64,000 bases of DNA from Octopus sinensis (GCF_006345805.1 NC_043002.1:116250001-116314000); one strand, 5' to 3'. Numbered from the stretch's first letter, positions 26,512-39,524 are shown. Numbers and translations: made by a program. The notes: generated by a model not told the origin, from the sequence alone.

Positions 26512-29419
26512 GTAATAGAAATAGACAAACTGTAAGAAAGTATTTACTCTCTTTCCTGCTAAAATATTAAATTAGAGTAGAATTAATTATTTCTTTACAA
26601 ATATATTTAAGAGTTTCCAAGGATAGTAGAAACTTAACTGTGAACTAATAGAAGAACATTGATACTTTCTGTTAGTATTTTTGGCACACTGCAGTCTATG
26701 AACGCCATTAGCGACATACAGCAAATATCTACTGCTATAAAAATGTGTTTCGTATTGTCAGAAGTAAATCATTATCTTAATTTGTTTCTAGCACCGAGAT
26801 AAATTCTGCCTTCTGTTACTCCCTGGATAAACTATATGTGGCTATTTGTTGGTTGATGTGCAACTACGCATGTATAGTTTCGGACTGACGTTAAGTGAAT
26901 TCACTGTCCATATGGATATAGATGGGCAACTTTGTAACATTGATGGTTTATAATCATAACGTGGTTGATGACTATTGGACAATAACGCATTCATATTATT
27001 GGGTTTTTGCTGAACACCTAATGTGAGCCGTATTTATGTCTTTATTTTCTCTTTACAATGTCACTGCTGAAATACTATTATTTTCCCACTCACTCTTGCG
27101 GAATAATGTCGATTGCTTGATCTTTTGGTGATCAGAAGTATTCATCAATGCGTGATTACCCCTATTGAATTCTGGGGATTGGTCAATTATATTAACCCCA
27201 GTACTCGAGTGAATACGCCATCCCTTCAAAGTAAAATTCCCTCTGTATATTTCCTTTTCTTTGGCTCAATTATTGTCATTGACCACCCCACCCAGAAATA
27301 TAAACTCTGCAAACTGTACCATCTAGATTTCTGGTTAGGTAGATTTAAGCCAATTCTTTGCATAACAAAATTTTGTTGCCTTGGTAAGGTATGAACGCGT
27401 GAATAACAAGATTACAGCAATTAAATTACAGTGCATCTATATTACGTCATTCCTTGGTATTTTATATAACACAAAGTCATATCTTTTAAGCGGCATAGTA
27501 CAACACTATTATAAAAATTTTAACTCATTGATTGTCATTTTTTTGTTGTTGCTCTACGATCAGTTATCAGCGGATTTATAGTCAATGCTAAAAGATAAAT
27601 GGCCATAATAGCAGACGGCTACCAAGGTAGAGTGAGGTTAAAAATGACGATATCTTTCACAAAGACAACGCAGTACTAATAAAAGTGAGTGAACTAGCGA
27701 TCTATGATTGACACCTTATCTATTCTCATAAATTCTATTAAATATGTGATAAAATACAAAATGCATTCTATATGAAATACCATTTGCCCTAAATCAAGTT
27801 GCATATAACTTTACTACTACACAATTTATTATCAACGCACCAAAGTGAATAGAGTTAACTGTTTGATCTTTAGTTCATCTGAAGTATCCATCAATTGGTT
27901 ACCAAATCTATTGATTTCTGGGGGACATACACTGAAGATATTGAACTAGTAATAGTTTTATCGATTTTAGCAGCAAGAAAGGGAGAAGTCTCCATCGATT
28001 TGATTTGAAGTCAAAAGTTAAAGGGCCATCACTAAATAACACAGATACTTTGTCTAACCCTCTACGAATTAGGTGAACTTTCTGCTTTGTGCGTACCCCT
28101 TTAGTGAACAAAATTAATTAGCCTTTTATATTTGGTGCTCCAGAATGGAAAATATGGTGTCAAGTATTTGTATAAACCATTCTAGAGGAGGATGAATGAA
28201 AGGTTAGAGAAAATTACCTTTCTGTTGTTGAATTTTTCAGAAAAACTATTTACTGGAGAAAAATTTGCAAGATGTATTGTGAAATACATAATATGTAAAG
28301 CAAGAAGTAAAGGACGATTGTCGAACAGTTCACGAGATTATTAAGTCGGTGTGTGTGTGTGTGTTTTTTGGTGTGGGGTGGTAATGGGGTTGGGGTAAGT
28401 GAAAGTGAGTTTTTTTTAAATTTTTGAATTTGTATTGCAAGAAATTTGATCTGATACTGCATGTTGCAACTAATATTAATATATTCCGGAAGAATTTCAC
28501 AAGTTTCTATTTGTTTATATTTCTCTTCTTTTCCCAAAGCAGTTCTTCTTTCTCTATAATCTCAAAAATATTTTCCCTACGTCAACCTGTAGCTTTCCCA
28601 TGGGTATATATTCTCAAATGCTTAGTTTCTAACTGATTTTACTGTTGCTACATTTCTATAGTAAACGTGAAAATTGATGCTGGATTATTCTGGTTATTTC
28701 TACAGGATCAAATCTATGATGCGGTGACAGTTGATTAAGCAAAGTATACTACAGATATTTTCGATCATAAATATTCATTTTTTATTGTGTGCAGTACTGG
28801 CTCAAAATATTGGCATTCAGTCAATATGATACGTGTGCAAAGAAAGGTTTGATTCGATTTCTTTATGATTATACAGAAGCTTCTCCGTTTTCTCGAGTCG
28901 ACAAAGAGATTTTTTTGATAAGGACGATTACTTTTTATAGGCATAATCTTAGAGCGTGTCCCATTTTCAATGTGGGATCAGTTTTTTTCGATTGTTCATT
29001 TGTATCAGCTCAAAGCTGTTGTGTTGCAAAAGCAGGTTCCTATATTTCTTGCCGTAAAGATATGCCGTTTTCTAGATGAATTTCCAAAGATTGATATTCA
29101 CAGTATCTGTGGTGAGTGGAATGAGGTTTCAACAAACAGATGAAGGGGAAACCGTTATTTTGTTATTCTGAAGGTTAACTTGTCATCAGCTTGTGTAGGT
29201 AGAACGTGATAGAAGAAAACGACCTGCAATATCTATTTACATGTCATTATGTTCTGAGTCAAAATTTCGTCAAGTTCGAAATTGTATTTCATGTAACCGA
29301 AGTCGATAAAAATATGCACAAATATTGGGTTTGATTTAATCGTTTATCACCGTAACCCTACGGTGTACCTGTGTTATAAGTTTTATAAGCGATTATAATT
29401 TAATTTATATCTATTTCAG

Positions 29420-29508
29420 ATGTAACTGCGCATCGTCTTCAACAACGTTCTCATTCATTGGGGCGGAGAAGTTCTTTCTTTCCACGAAATCTCACTGATG
29501 TTGAATAA
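29420..29508 (+). CDS. KCNC: Predicted terminal coding exon of the Kv3 gene
   Basis: Acceptor TTTATATCTATTTCAG|. Phase 1 continues as (D)VTAHRLQQRSHSLGRRSSFFPRNLTDVE*, with AATAAA overlapping the stop. No homology evidence. Confidence 0.5.
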
Positions 29509-30639
29509 AAGACTATCTGATAAAGAGGTTTGCTGAAAAAATTACACGAATTAAAAATGAATTATTGTATGTGATATCAAACATCAGTAATTGACCAGAG
29601 AAATAGAAATTTTATTAACCTTTGAAACAAAAATTAATATTTTTTAAGACTATTAAAACAGTGATAATTGGTTGAATTATCATTTCATCATATTAAAATG
29701 TGTGATTAATAAAATTAACTTAAGACAAGTTATAAAATGGCAGATAAGAAAAATATCTCAAGTAGGTCAATATATGACTTCAGTTAACTCAACGAGACGA
29801 CGTTAATATATTGACTAACGTTCACAAAAATTCTCAAGGTGTTGAAGTTAGCCTTTTAGCAGGAGAAAGTAAACAAAGGACTAATGACAAATGTTAGCGA
29901 ATTCTAAAGAAAAAGAGGAGATAATTACTGGTAACCAAGAATGAATTACACAGAAGATTTAATTTTCATGTTCAGGCGGAAAATATGTTCTTCGAAAAGG
30001 CGATAGTTATGGAAATGCTACTAGTAAGTGCAACACAACCTTCTCACGTGTTCTTTGATCTGTAGACATACCATTTCACAAACATACAAGGAGTTACAAA
30101 GAATCTTGTTTAATATAATTTGCATAAACCCCCAAGGGCAGAATAACTGAATTAAGCTAGTGTCCTGAGTTGACGTAATTCAGGCAGATTCGCAACTAAT
30201 TTTGAGTTACTTGAAATATATTTCTTAAGTGAATAATGAAAACAAACACCTAACAGCAATTGTTAGCAACTTTATAAAATATGAGAGATAATTCCTAAAA
30301 ATTTAACAATTAATTATACAAAAAATTTAATATTCATGTTAAAGAAAACTTTAATTCAGGCAAAAATCTTCCACCTGATGAAATTTAAACTTCATAAAAT
30401 TACAGAATTTTTACCGTTTTGAATTTGTTTGTATGGTCTATAATTGGCACTTACTTGAAGTGTTCAAAACTCATAATTCCAAGCTATCGTCCAGTTAATT
30501 AATAATGCTAATGACTGGATATATGATAATTTGCTTAAATATTCAGTAACCGCATACTGATGATGTAGTTCAATAAAGACGGTCCTGCAATTTTTTGCTG
30601 AACAATCTGCGCAAATGATTCGTTTTATAGTGATCAAAT

Positions 30640-30840
30640 ATGTGCTGCACCCCCCCCATCAAATCAACAGGTGTCTGAACAGGTGCACAGTGTAACACTT
30701 CAGGTGTCGAAGTGATCGCAAAGCAACGTGAGATGAAGTGTTTTGCTCAAGAGTACAATGCACCACCCGGTCCAGGAATTGAAATCATAACCACGGGATC
30801 ATGAATGCAACACTCTAACCAGTAGGCCGTGCATCCTTAC
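30640..30840 (-). mobile_element. tRNA-derived SINE, family C (diverged)
   Basis: Reverse complement has a GGCCTACTGGTTAGAGTG...TTCAATTCCTGGACCGG head and TCTTGAGCAAAACACTTCATCTCACGTTGCT. Confidence 0.65.
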
Positions 30841-31030
30841 AACTACGTTCAACTATTTAATATTAGGTAGGAAACCAAAATACTTTAAATTTCTTCGGTA
30901 TCCACATGAATAAAAAATGGCTAGGTGTGTACATGTCCATTGCAGATATCGTTAAAAATGTATTTAGAAACAATTATTGGAAGAGGAAAAAGAAACATTA
31001 ACGAATAAATGATATTAATTTGATATTCAA

Positions 31031-31665
31031 GGCGGTGAAAGCAGCGAGATGGCAGAATCGTTAGCACGCCGGGCGAAATGCTTAGCGGTATTTCGTCTGC
31101 CGTTACGTTCTGAGTTCAAATTCCGCCGAGGTCGACTTTGCCTTTCATTCTTTCGGGGTCGATAAATTAAGTACCAGTTACGAACTGGGGTTGACGTAAT
31201 CGACTTAATCCCTTTGTCTGTTCTTGTTTGTCCTCTATGTTTGGCCCCTTGTGGGTAATAAAGAAATAAGAATCGTTAGCAGGCCGGGTGCATTGCTGTA
31301 CGGCATTTCGTCTGTCTTTACGTTCTGAGTTCAAATTCTGCCGGGGTTGACTTTACCTTTCATCCTTTCGAGGTCGATAAAATGAATACCAGTGGAGTAC
31401 TAGGTCGATATAATCAACTTACTACTCCCTAAAATTGCTGGCCCGGTGCCAGAACTTGAAAGCAATATTCAAGTCGGTGAGCTGGTAAAGTCGTTAGCAC
31501 GGCGATCAAAATGTTTAGCATCATGTTCTAAGTTCTAAATTTGCCGAGGTTGACTTTGCCTTTCATGCTTTTGAAGTCGATAAAATAGGTACCAGTTGAA
31601 CACTGGAGTCGACTTATCCCTTTCCCCGAAATTGCTGGCCTTGTGCTAAAATTTGAAATCGATAT
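31031..31665 (+). mobile_element. Head-to-tail cluster of three family-B SINEs
   Basis: The core GAGTTCAAATT..GCCGAGGTyGACTTTrCCTTTCAT..TTTyG.GGTCGATAA occurs three times (near 31105, 31325 and 31530). Confidence 0.85.
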
Positions 31666-32521
31666 TATTTTTATATTTTTCGGCAAGTAATAGAGACAAC
31701 TTGATAGATGTTTCTGTAATATCCTGATCTCACCAGGGAACCATAACCCTCAATCGTATTAACTGCTGTCTTCACGAAAAACAAAAAACAAAAAACATAA
31801 AAAAGGCACAAGATTGGTTGAGTATGGTTTTGTAAAGAAATCCAGGATTATTGCTGAGAATAAATAAGATATTCTTCATCGCATAATATATTTCTAGCTA
31901 GGTTTCTTCTCTTTGCTCTACATGTGCAAGCACTAACTGTTTATTCATGCGAATATCTATTTAATGGTGTCTTTTACAATTTCAGAGAACAGAAATATCA
32001 ATATTTACTGGAACGTATCCTAGGTGGACACCATTTTTATCATCCTATTACCTTACACCTTTTAATTTTATTTTGTAGTTAGTATAATTTATCTTATTTG
32101 AACATTAGTTCAAATCTGATTAAGATAAACTGCCTTTTTCATCCCTCTGTATTTGATAAAATAAAGTACAAGCCAAATACTGGATTTGATAGTATCAACT
32201 ATTTACCTCTTCTCAAAAATATCTGGCCTTGTACTTAAGTTAAAAGCAATTATTTTATTCGAGCGTTCTCCAGCTCTGCTTCTTTTGTTTCGGGAAGGTT
32301 TCATTTCTTCATCATTACTCATATTTGCACATTGTTTTGAAAAATATAAGGGTTAACGTTTCTGGTAAAGTTCTTTGGTCAATCATTTACATGGATGAAA
32401 CGACTTAACAGATAAAAAACGTACTGTTAAATGTTCTATAGGGGCAGTTTTATTTCTAATGTAAATTTAAAAGAAAACACTCGGCAAATAGTTTTCGAAG
32501 TATATATATATATATATATAT

Positions 32522-32677
32522 ACCGTAGTAAACACATAAATGTGAAACAAGGTGGAAAAAAGAGTACTCAAATACCAGTGGTAGAGTAATATGCTTTATT
32601 TTAAGCAGCAGAAAATTCAACAAAATCTGTTACTCTGAGTTTCTCGTTGCCGTTCATCAGACAGTTTTTGCTAGAAT
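32522..32677 (-). mobile_element. Short PLE-derived element inserted in (TA)n
   Basis: About 155 bp of unique sequence bounded by TA runs on both sides; carries a hammerhead motif. Confidence 0.6.
32627..32664 (-). ncRNA. Minimal type I hammerhead ribozyme motif
   Basis: CTGT-CTGATGA-A CG GCAA CG A-GAAA-CTC A GA-GTA-ACAG. Stem I is CTGT/ACAG, stem II has a GNRA loop with an A.A mismatch at its base, and stem III is ACTC/GAGT. Confidence 0.7.
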
Positions 32678-32700
32678 ATATATATATATATATATAATTC

Positions 32701-32936
32701 TTAACGCGGATATACTGTAAGATTCTCATAATATTGCACTATTTGTCTAGAGAAAGCATCTCGTATAGACACAGAAAAAGCACAGAAGTATCAAAAGCAG
32801 ACGAAAAGTGTCCAGCAGCGGCAACGGATCTACCTGCTGTAACTTTTGTGTCTTTTAGCACTATATGTCTATACAAGATGTTTTCTCAAGACGAATACTG
32901 CAGTATTATGGCGTTCTTACAGTATATCCAAGTTAA
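32701..32936. mobile_element. MITE-like imperfect fold-back element bounded by TTAA
   Basis: Left arm TTAACGCGGATATACTGTAAGATTCTCATAATATTGCAC...GTATAGACA versus right-arm reverse complement TTAACTTGGATATACTGTAAGAACGCCATAATACTGCAG...GTATAGACA; arms about 70 bp. Confidence 0.6.
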
Positions 32937-32973
32937 GTACTAATATTGCTTCCGTCACTAATAAATTATTTAT

Positions 32974-33032
<59 letters not shown>

Positions 33033-33499
33033 CACATACACACACATGCATATGCACATATATATATATAGTTATATTTTTGTTTATTACATAGGCAGCT
33101 CTGTGAAATGCTCAAGTAGACAACTGAAGGACCAGTTTAGGTTCGCCTTCTGATCAGGGAGGAAGGTTAAAGAGGCTTTAGTGCCTAACTGTTTATTGTT
33201 TGTAAGAGGCTCAGCGCCTCAATTTCTAATGGACTATTAAGTCCAGTAATTGTAGGACTGAGGTAAGAGGTTTTAGCTCGTTTTGTTTTTCGTTTTGAAA
33301 AAAAAAAAAAGAATGATGTTTTAGAGCAGCAGAAGATCGACGGGCATCTTTTGCCTTCTCCCATTCATACCATCCTTTTCACCACTCATTTCATTAATGT
33401 TTTTTGTCCAGCCCGCAAGCTACTCCCTCGGTATACGGCCTTCATGGCTAATGAAATGAAATGAAGTATACAACCTCAGACGTTAGATATATATATATA

Positions 33500-35926
33500 T
33501 ATATTACAGTTAGAAGGAGAGTTCAGGTAAGTTCAACAATTTAGAATAATAATACAATATATACTCAGCCATAAAACCAGTGTATGCAAATTATTAAAAT
33601 ATATTTAATGTATCACTTTTAAAATATTGAAAAATATAAAAAATTTACAGATACATAAATATAATAGACATATATGGGTAGAAAAACTATTGGAAGCACT
33701 CCGTCGGTTGCGACGACAACGAGGGTTCCGGTTGATCCGAATCAAAGGAACTGCCTGCTCGTGAAATTAACGTGCGAGTGGCTGAGCACTCCACAGACAC
33801 ATGTACCCTTAACGTAGTTCTCGTGGATATTCAGCGTGACACAGAGAGTGACAAGGCCGGCCCCTTGAATTACAGGTACAACAGAAACGGGAAGTAAGAG
33901 TGAGAGAAAGTTGTGGTGAAAGAGTACAGCAGGGATCACCACCATCCCCTGCCGGAGCCGCGTGGAGCTTTAGGTGTTTTCGCTCAATAAACACTCACAA
34001 CGCCCGGTCTGGGAATCGAAACCGCGATCCTATGACCGCTTGTCCGCTGCCCTAACCATTGGGCCATTGCGCCTCCACAGAAAAACTATATTAATGCATA
34101 AAAATATATTCGCATCTTAAAAGGTATACAATGAAGACATCGTCTTATTTACAAATTAAGAGCGTTGTTAAAAGGTATTAAGAATATATTAAAATAAAAG
34201 TGTAAAACCTCGCGAAAAGGTGAGTAAAGAAATGTTTAAACAGCTGTATGGAAGGTAAAGTATCCAATGACTAGACGGAGGTACTCCAATTCCAAAATAG
34301 TGGTGATACTCCGACGGCTGTTTCAAAGGTACAGTATTCCATACAAATAAAGGATGTTGCTATCCAAATTTTAGACACTATCTCCTTTATCAGGGAGAAT
34401 GTATTAGTTAAGGATTCACATCTCATATACTGCCATAATAAGTAAATAGGTTTATAAATAGGTATACGTGTTAGCAGGATAATAATTGCACTATGCGGAG
34501 GGGATTCTATTATAAACCGAGATAATGAATATTGTTTATTCTTTAGCTTAAGTTCGTGCATATATGTAGCTAACGTTGTTGTGAATTTATATTTTGAGTT
34601 AGTAAAAGAATTCAAATGATCCCTATAGCGACGCTTAAAATCAGTAGTACTTCCTATGTAAACCTTTACCCTCTGTGTGGCAGGAATCTCTACACAGCAC
34701 TGATAGACTACATTTTTGCGCAGACAGGATCCAAGTAGGCAAGAGTTTGGGATGCGACAATTACATGTTTTTCTTCTTGTATCAGCATTAATCTTCTGTT
34801 TAACTGAGGTAGGAGTACCCTCAACTGGTAGTGCGTGGCCTCGTGTATAATTTTTATTAGAACTAGTACGGGTTTTAGAGTCAGGGGTGCGATACAAGGA
34901 TTTGGGTTGGTAGACTTCTTAAGTTTAAGTTTGGATCTATTAACGGAAGTTATAACCGATCCTGAATTTGGTGTAGTGGAATGCGAAAGTTTCACAGACG
35001 ACTTGTTGAAAAAAAGATAATATTTATGATGTTTTGGGAAGTTTTCTTTCAAAAAGAGAGAAGGGTGGACCGAACCATATAATTTCGCGTTTCTTAGAAT
35101 TTGAATATTTGGTATCATTAAGCTGGTCGGAGTTATACGATTTACACTTATGGTAATTCCTAAATGATACATTATTTATTCGGGCGTTATCTGTAAATGT
35201 TTTATTTTCTTACATATTTAATTGGTTTATTTAAAGAGGAGGCCATAGTATTAGATGGTGAGTTAGTTCACGTGAAGAGATTGGCAATTTTAATTTTGAG
35301 TATTGTATGCGGGATATAAAATATTTTATCTTTTAGGCCACTTAATTTTAGAGCTTGGTTATAATATGGATCATGAGTATTGAATATCTCCTCATTGGCG
35401 GATAAGTTTGAAATTCTAATAGAAATGGCCGTTACCATGATATTGAGGGTTGATCTAGGATGATTAAAGAGAATATTTAAGCACAGAAGGGTTTGGTTGG
35501 GTTTCCTATATGGATAGTGAAGATTAGTATTAAGGTTAAGTGTGACATCCAAGAAGTTGGCTACCTTATTATCCATTTCCATATGGATGCTTAAACATTT
35601 TTATATTCCCCTTTCCGCGAGAATTTACACTTTTATTTTTTAATATATTTTTAATACCTTTTAACAACGCTCTTAATCTCTACATAGGACGATGTCTTCA
35701 ATATATACCATTTAGATGCTAATATATTTTTATGCATTAATATAGTTTTTCTATCCATATATGTCTATTATATTTTTATGCATTTATGTATCTGTAAATT
35801 CTTAATATTTTTTAATGTTTTAATGAGTGATACATTAAATATATTTTAATAATTTAAATACACCGATTTTATGGCTGAGTATATACTGTATTATTATTCT
35901 AAGTTGCTGATCTTACCTGAATTCTC

Positions 35927-35935
<9 letters not shown>
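33500..35935 (-). mobile_element. 5'-truncated Penelope-like element (RT C-terminus and GIY-YIG) with inverted terminal pseudo-LTR
   Basis: NFLDVTLNL..HYPYRKPN..NHP (RT thumb), FPKHHKY..FNK..VKLSHS (linker) and CNCR...NVVYQC...VYIGSTTDFKRRYRDH (GIY-YIG). 33500-34230 (minus the SINE) is an inverted copy of 35600-35935. (TA)n lies on both flanks. Confidence 0.85.
33691..34078 (-). mobile_element. tRNA-derived SINE, family A variant, with 11-bp TSD
   Basis: TSD AGAAAAACTAT at 33680-33690 and 34079-34089. The empty site is present once in the other pLTR arm (ATAGTTTTTCT near 35740). Confidence 0.9.
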
Positions 35936-36002
<67 letters not shown>

Positions 36003-36042
36003 AAACAAATCGAACGAGGCTCCTAAGAGCCCATGGCCAAAG

Positions 36043-36790
<748 letters not shown>

Positions 36791-37216
36791 TTTACTGCCG
36801 GTAAGGAGCTGCGCTTGCGCGGTAGATTAAAAAAATTAGAATGTATAAACACGGGGCATATACTGGATTGCCTCCTGTATATATATTTAATCTAAGGTGT
36901 ACCTGCTGAAGAAGACTTCACCTAGCAAATTATTTTATTTGCTAAAAAATGTCTGAGCCATTGTTCCAGGAGTTAGATGGTAAATGTTTTTATTTTTCTT
37001 TCCCTTCGAAATTTTATCCCTAATAGTGGTTTGGAATTTAACTCTCCTGTCTAGCGTGCAAGGAATCTTATGATGGATACTTCTTAAGTGTTTAAATGTA
37101 CACTTTTTATATGAATAATATATAGTCTATTGACAAAATTTTTACAAGCTAGACCATTAGGAATGAAAATTTCAAATATTTCTGATTACCCTTTGATATT
37201 ATTAATTATATATATA

Positions 37217-37295
<79 letters not shown>

Positions 37296-37318
37296 GAAGG
37301 ATGAAAAGGAACACACGA

Positions 37319-37577
37319 GTATATATTTATGGAAAAAAAGTCAAGATAGAAAAGGCTAAAATAATTTTATAAAAAACATTTCAGTACTGGTTTCAGTCAT
37401 TGAGACTTTTTCAACTGTAACAATTAAACAATTAAAAAATGTTCTTCTAATTTTTCTAAATTTAATTGTTTAATTGTTATAGTTGAAAAAGTCTCAATGA
37501 CTGAAACTGGCACTGAAATGTCTTTTATAAAATTATTTTAGCATTTTCTATCTTGACTTTTTTTTCCATATATATAC
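37319..37577. repeat. Fold-back element (arms about 118 bp, 24-nt loop) in (TA)n, carrying hammerhead motifs
   Basis: 37319-37436 is the near-exact reverse complement of 37461-37577. Confidence 0.9.
37381..37418 (-). ncRNA. Type I hammerhead ribozyme motif, U3:A8 variant
   Basis: ACAG-TTGAAAA-AGTC TCAAT GACT-GAAAC-CA-GTA-CTGA. Confidence 0.6.
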
Positions 37578-37692
<115 letters not shown>

Positions 37693-38253
37693 TGTGTGTG
37701 TTCAAATGAAGAAATGAAGACATACCTTTCAGAAGGTTTAAGCACCATAGAATACCTCACTAGTCCTAGTGGGGTAACAATTAAAAGATATGGCTGATAG
37801 GAACTGACGCAGTGGATACAAGACATGAAAAATTGTGTAGTTATCGTTTAGCTACTGTGACAGTAGAAGCACAAATTGCAGGAAAAAAAATATACTTAGA
37901 TCTTATTGACTGGAACAGACAAAAGAAAAGCAGTTTTTTACTAGTGAAATAACACCAAACAAAACAAAGTAAAACAAAACAAAATAATGGTGCACATGGG
38001 CAACACTGGAAAGCATGTAAGATTAGATGTTCAAGCAGCAGTCTTTGAGCAAATGAGAGAAGTAGCGGTGAGAAGTAGAAATTCGTGTGATCTCCGTGAG
38101 AATTGAAGTGGAAAAAAGAAACTGATAGTCCAGAGCGGTAATGGAAAGAGTTGCATGATGGGAAAGGAAGATGACAGAGTATTAAGAGAGAGAGAGGGAG
38201 AGAAAGAAGGAGGGGAGAGAGCGTGTGAGAGAGGGCGTGAGAGAGAAAGAAAA

Positions 38254-38297
<44 letters not shown>

Positions 38298-38604
38298 TGT
38301 GAGCATGTGCGTAGGAAAAACTTGTGTGCTAGTTACAAAGGAATCTTTACTCGCTTCTTTGATGTCATTCATCGTGGAAAACTCATTTCATTTTTCTATT
38401 TTTCTTAATTTTAATTGTTATCAAGACAAAATTGTTTTGAGAAAATGTTCTGAAATAATTTTGTTGCGTTAACAAATTCAAAATCTTTTGGTTTTTGATG
38501 TGCAATTTGAACGGACATTTTGTTTTAAACAATAAATCTTAAATATTATATGACGACTTTCTCTCGCCCTCTCCCCTCTCTCACTCCACCTCACTCTATG
38601 TATA

Positions 38605-39028
38605 TTCTTTTATTATTTTACCTGTTTCAGTCATTTGACTGCGGTCATGCTGGAGCACCGCATTCAAGGGTTTTAGTCGAAGAAATCGACCGCAGGACTT
38701 TTCTTTGTAAACCTAGTACTTATTCTATTGGTTTCTTTGGCTGAACCGTTAAGTTACGGAGCATAAACATACAAGCATTATTGTTTCAAGTGATGGTGGG
38801 GGAAGAACACAGACATAGACAGACAAACAGATACACACACACACACTTACAAATATATACATATATATAGGACGGGCTTCTTTCAGTTTCCACGTGCCAA
38901 AACCACCCAAAAGTACTTTGGTCGGCCCGAGGCTATGGTTGAAGACACTCACCCAAGGTGTCACGCAGTGGAACTGAACCCGGAATCATGTGGCTGGAAA
39001 GCAAACGTTTCACCACGCAGCCAGACCT
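38605..39028 (-). mobile_element. tRNA-derived SINE, family D (internal microsatellite)
   Basis: Reverse complement has a GGCTGCGTGGTGAAACG...CCGGGTTCAGTTCCACTGCGTGACACCTTGGG head and an ...GACTAAAA..GCGGTGCTCCAGCATGACCGCAGTCAAATGACTGAAACAGGTAAAA tail. Same family as 44714-45070. Confidence 0.85.
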
Positions 39029-39174
39029 GTAAACATATATACAGTATATTAGTTTGAGGATCAGGAAAAATGGAAAAGTCTTTTATGTTATGAGCCTACG
39101 CTCTTCGACAGAAAGGAATAAGCGGAAATATATATAGAGAGAATGAAAAAACATGTTGAGTTCAGTGGGCCACA

Positions 39175-39390
39175 TGTAAGGGCAAGCTGAAAAGTTCCTG
39201 GCTTTGAGTAAAAGAAATTACTAGAGAATCAGTTGCGATTTTATTCAACATATTCCCCTCTCAGATTCACGCACTTATTACAACGGTCCTTCATTTATTC
39301 TAAGCTCTGCAAAAGAACTCAGGAAGTTGGGTCTCCGACTTGGCCTTTCCCGATACTCTTAAAGCCAGGAACATTTCTGCTCCTCTCGTA
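39175..39390. mobile_element. mariner-type MITE
   Basis: Imperfect TIRs TGTAAGGGCAAGCTGAAAAGTTCCTGGCTTT ... AAAGCCAGGAACATTTCTGCTCCTCTCGTA (TACGAGrG-type end). Confidence 0.65.
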
Positions 39391-39524
39391 TACATACATA
39401 TATGTATACAAATATACATACATACACGCGTGCACACCCACCCACTCGCACGCGCACACACACTCACGCGCGCGCGCACACATCACTATCTCAATTAGAC
39501 TATGAGATGTTCTTATACATATCT

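Noticed and set aside
28789-29100. 96-aa ORF, and a minus-strand LEIHLENG resembling a Helitron Rep motif
   Set aside because: Neighbouring Rep motifs are absent and there are multiple stops; there is no splice or family support for the plus-strand ORF.
36902-36970. Hammerhead-like CCTG-CTGAAGA-AGAC...GTCT-GAGCC...CAGG
   Set aside because: GAAA is replaced by GAGC and stem III cannot be formed; too degenerate to call.
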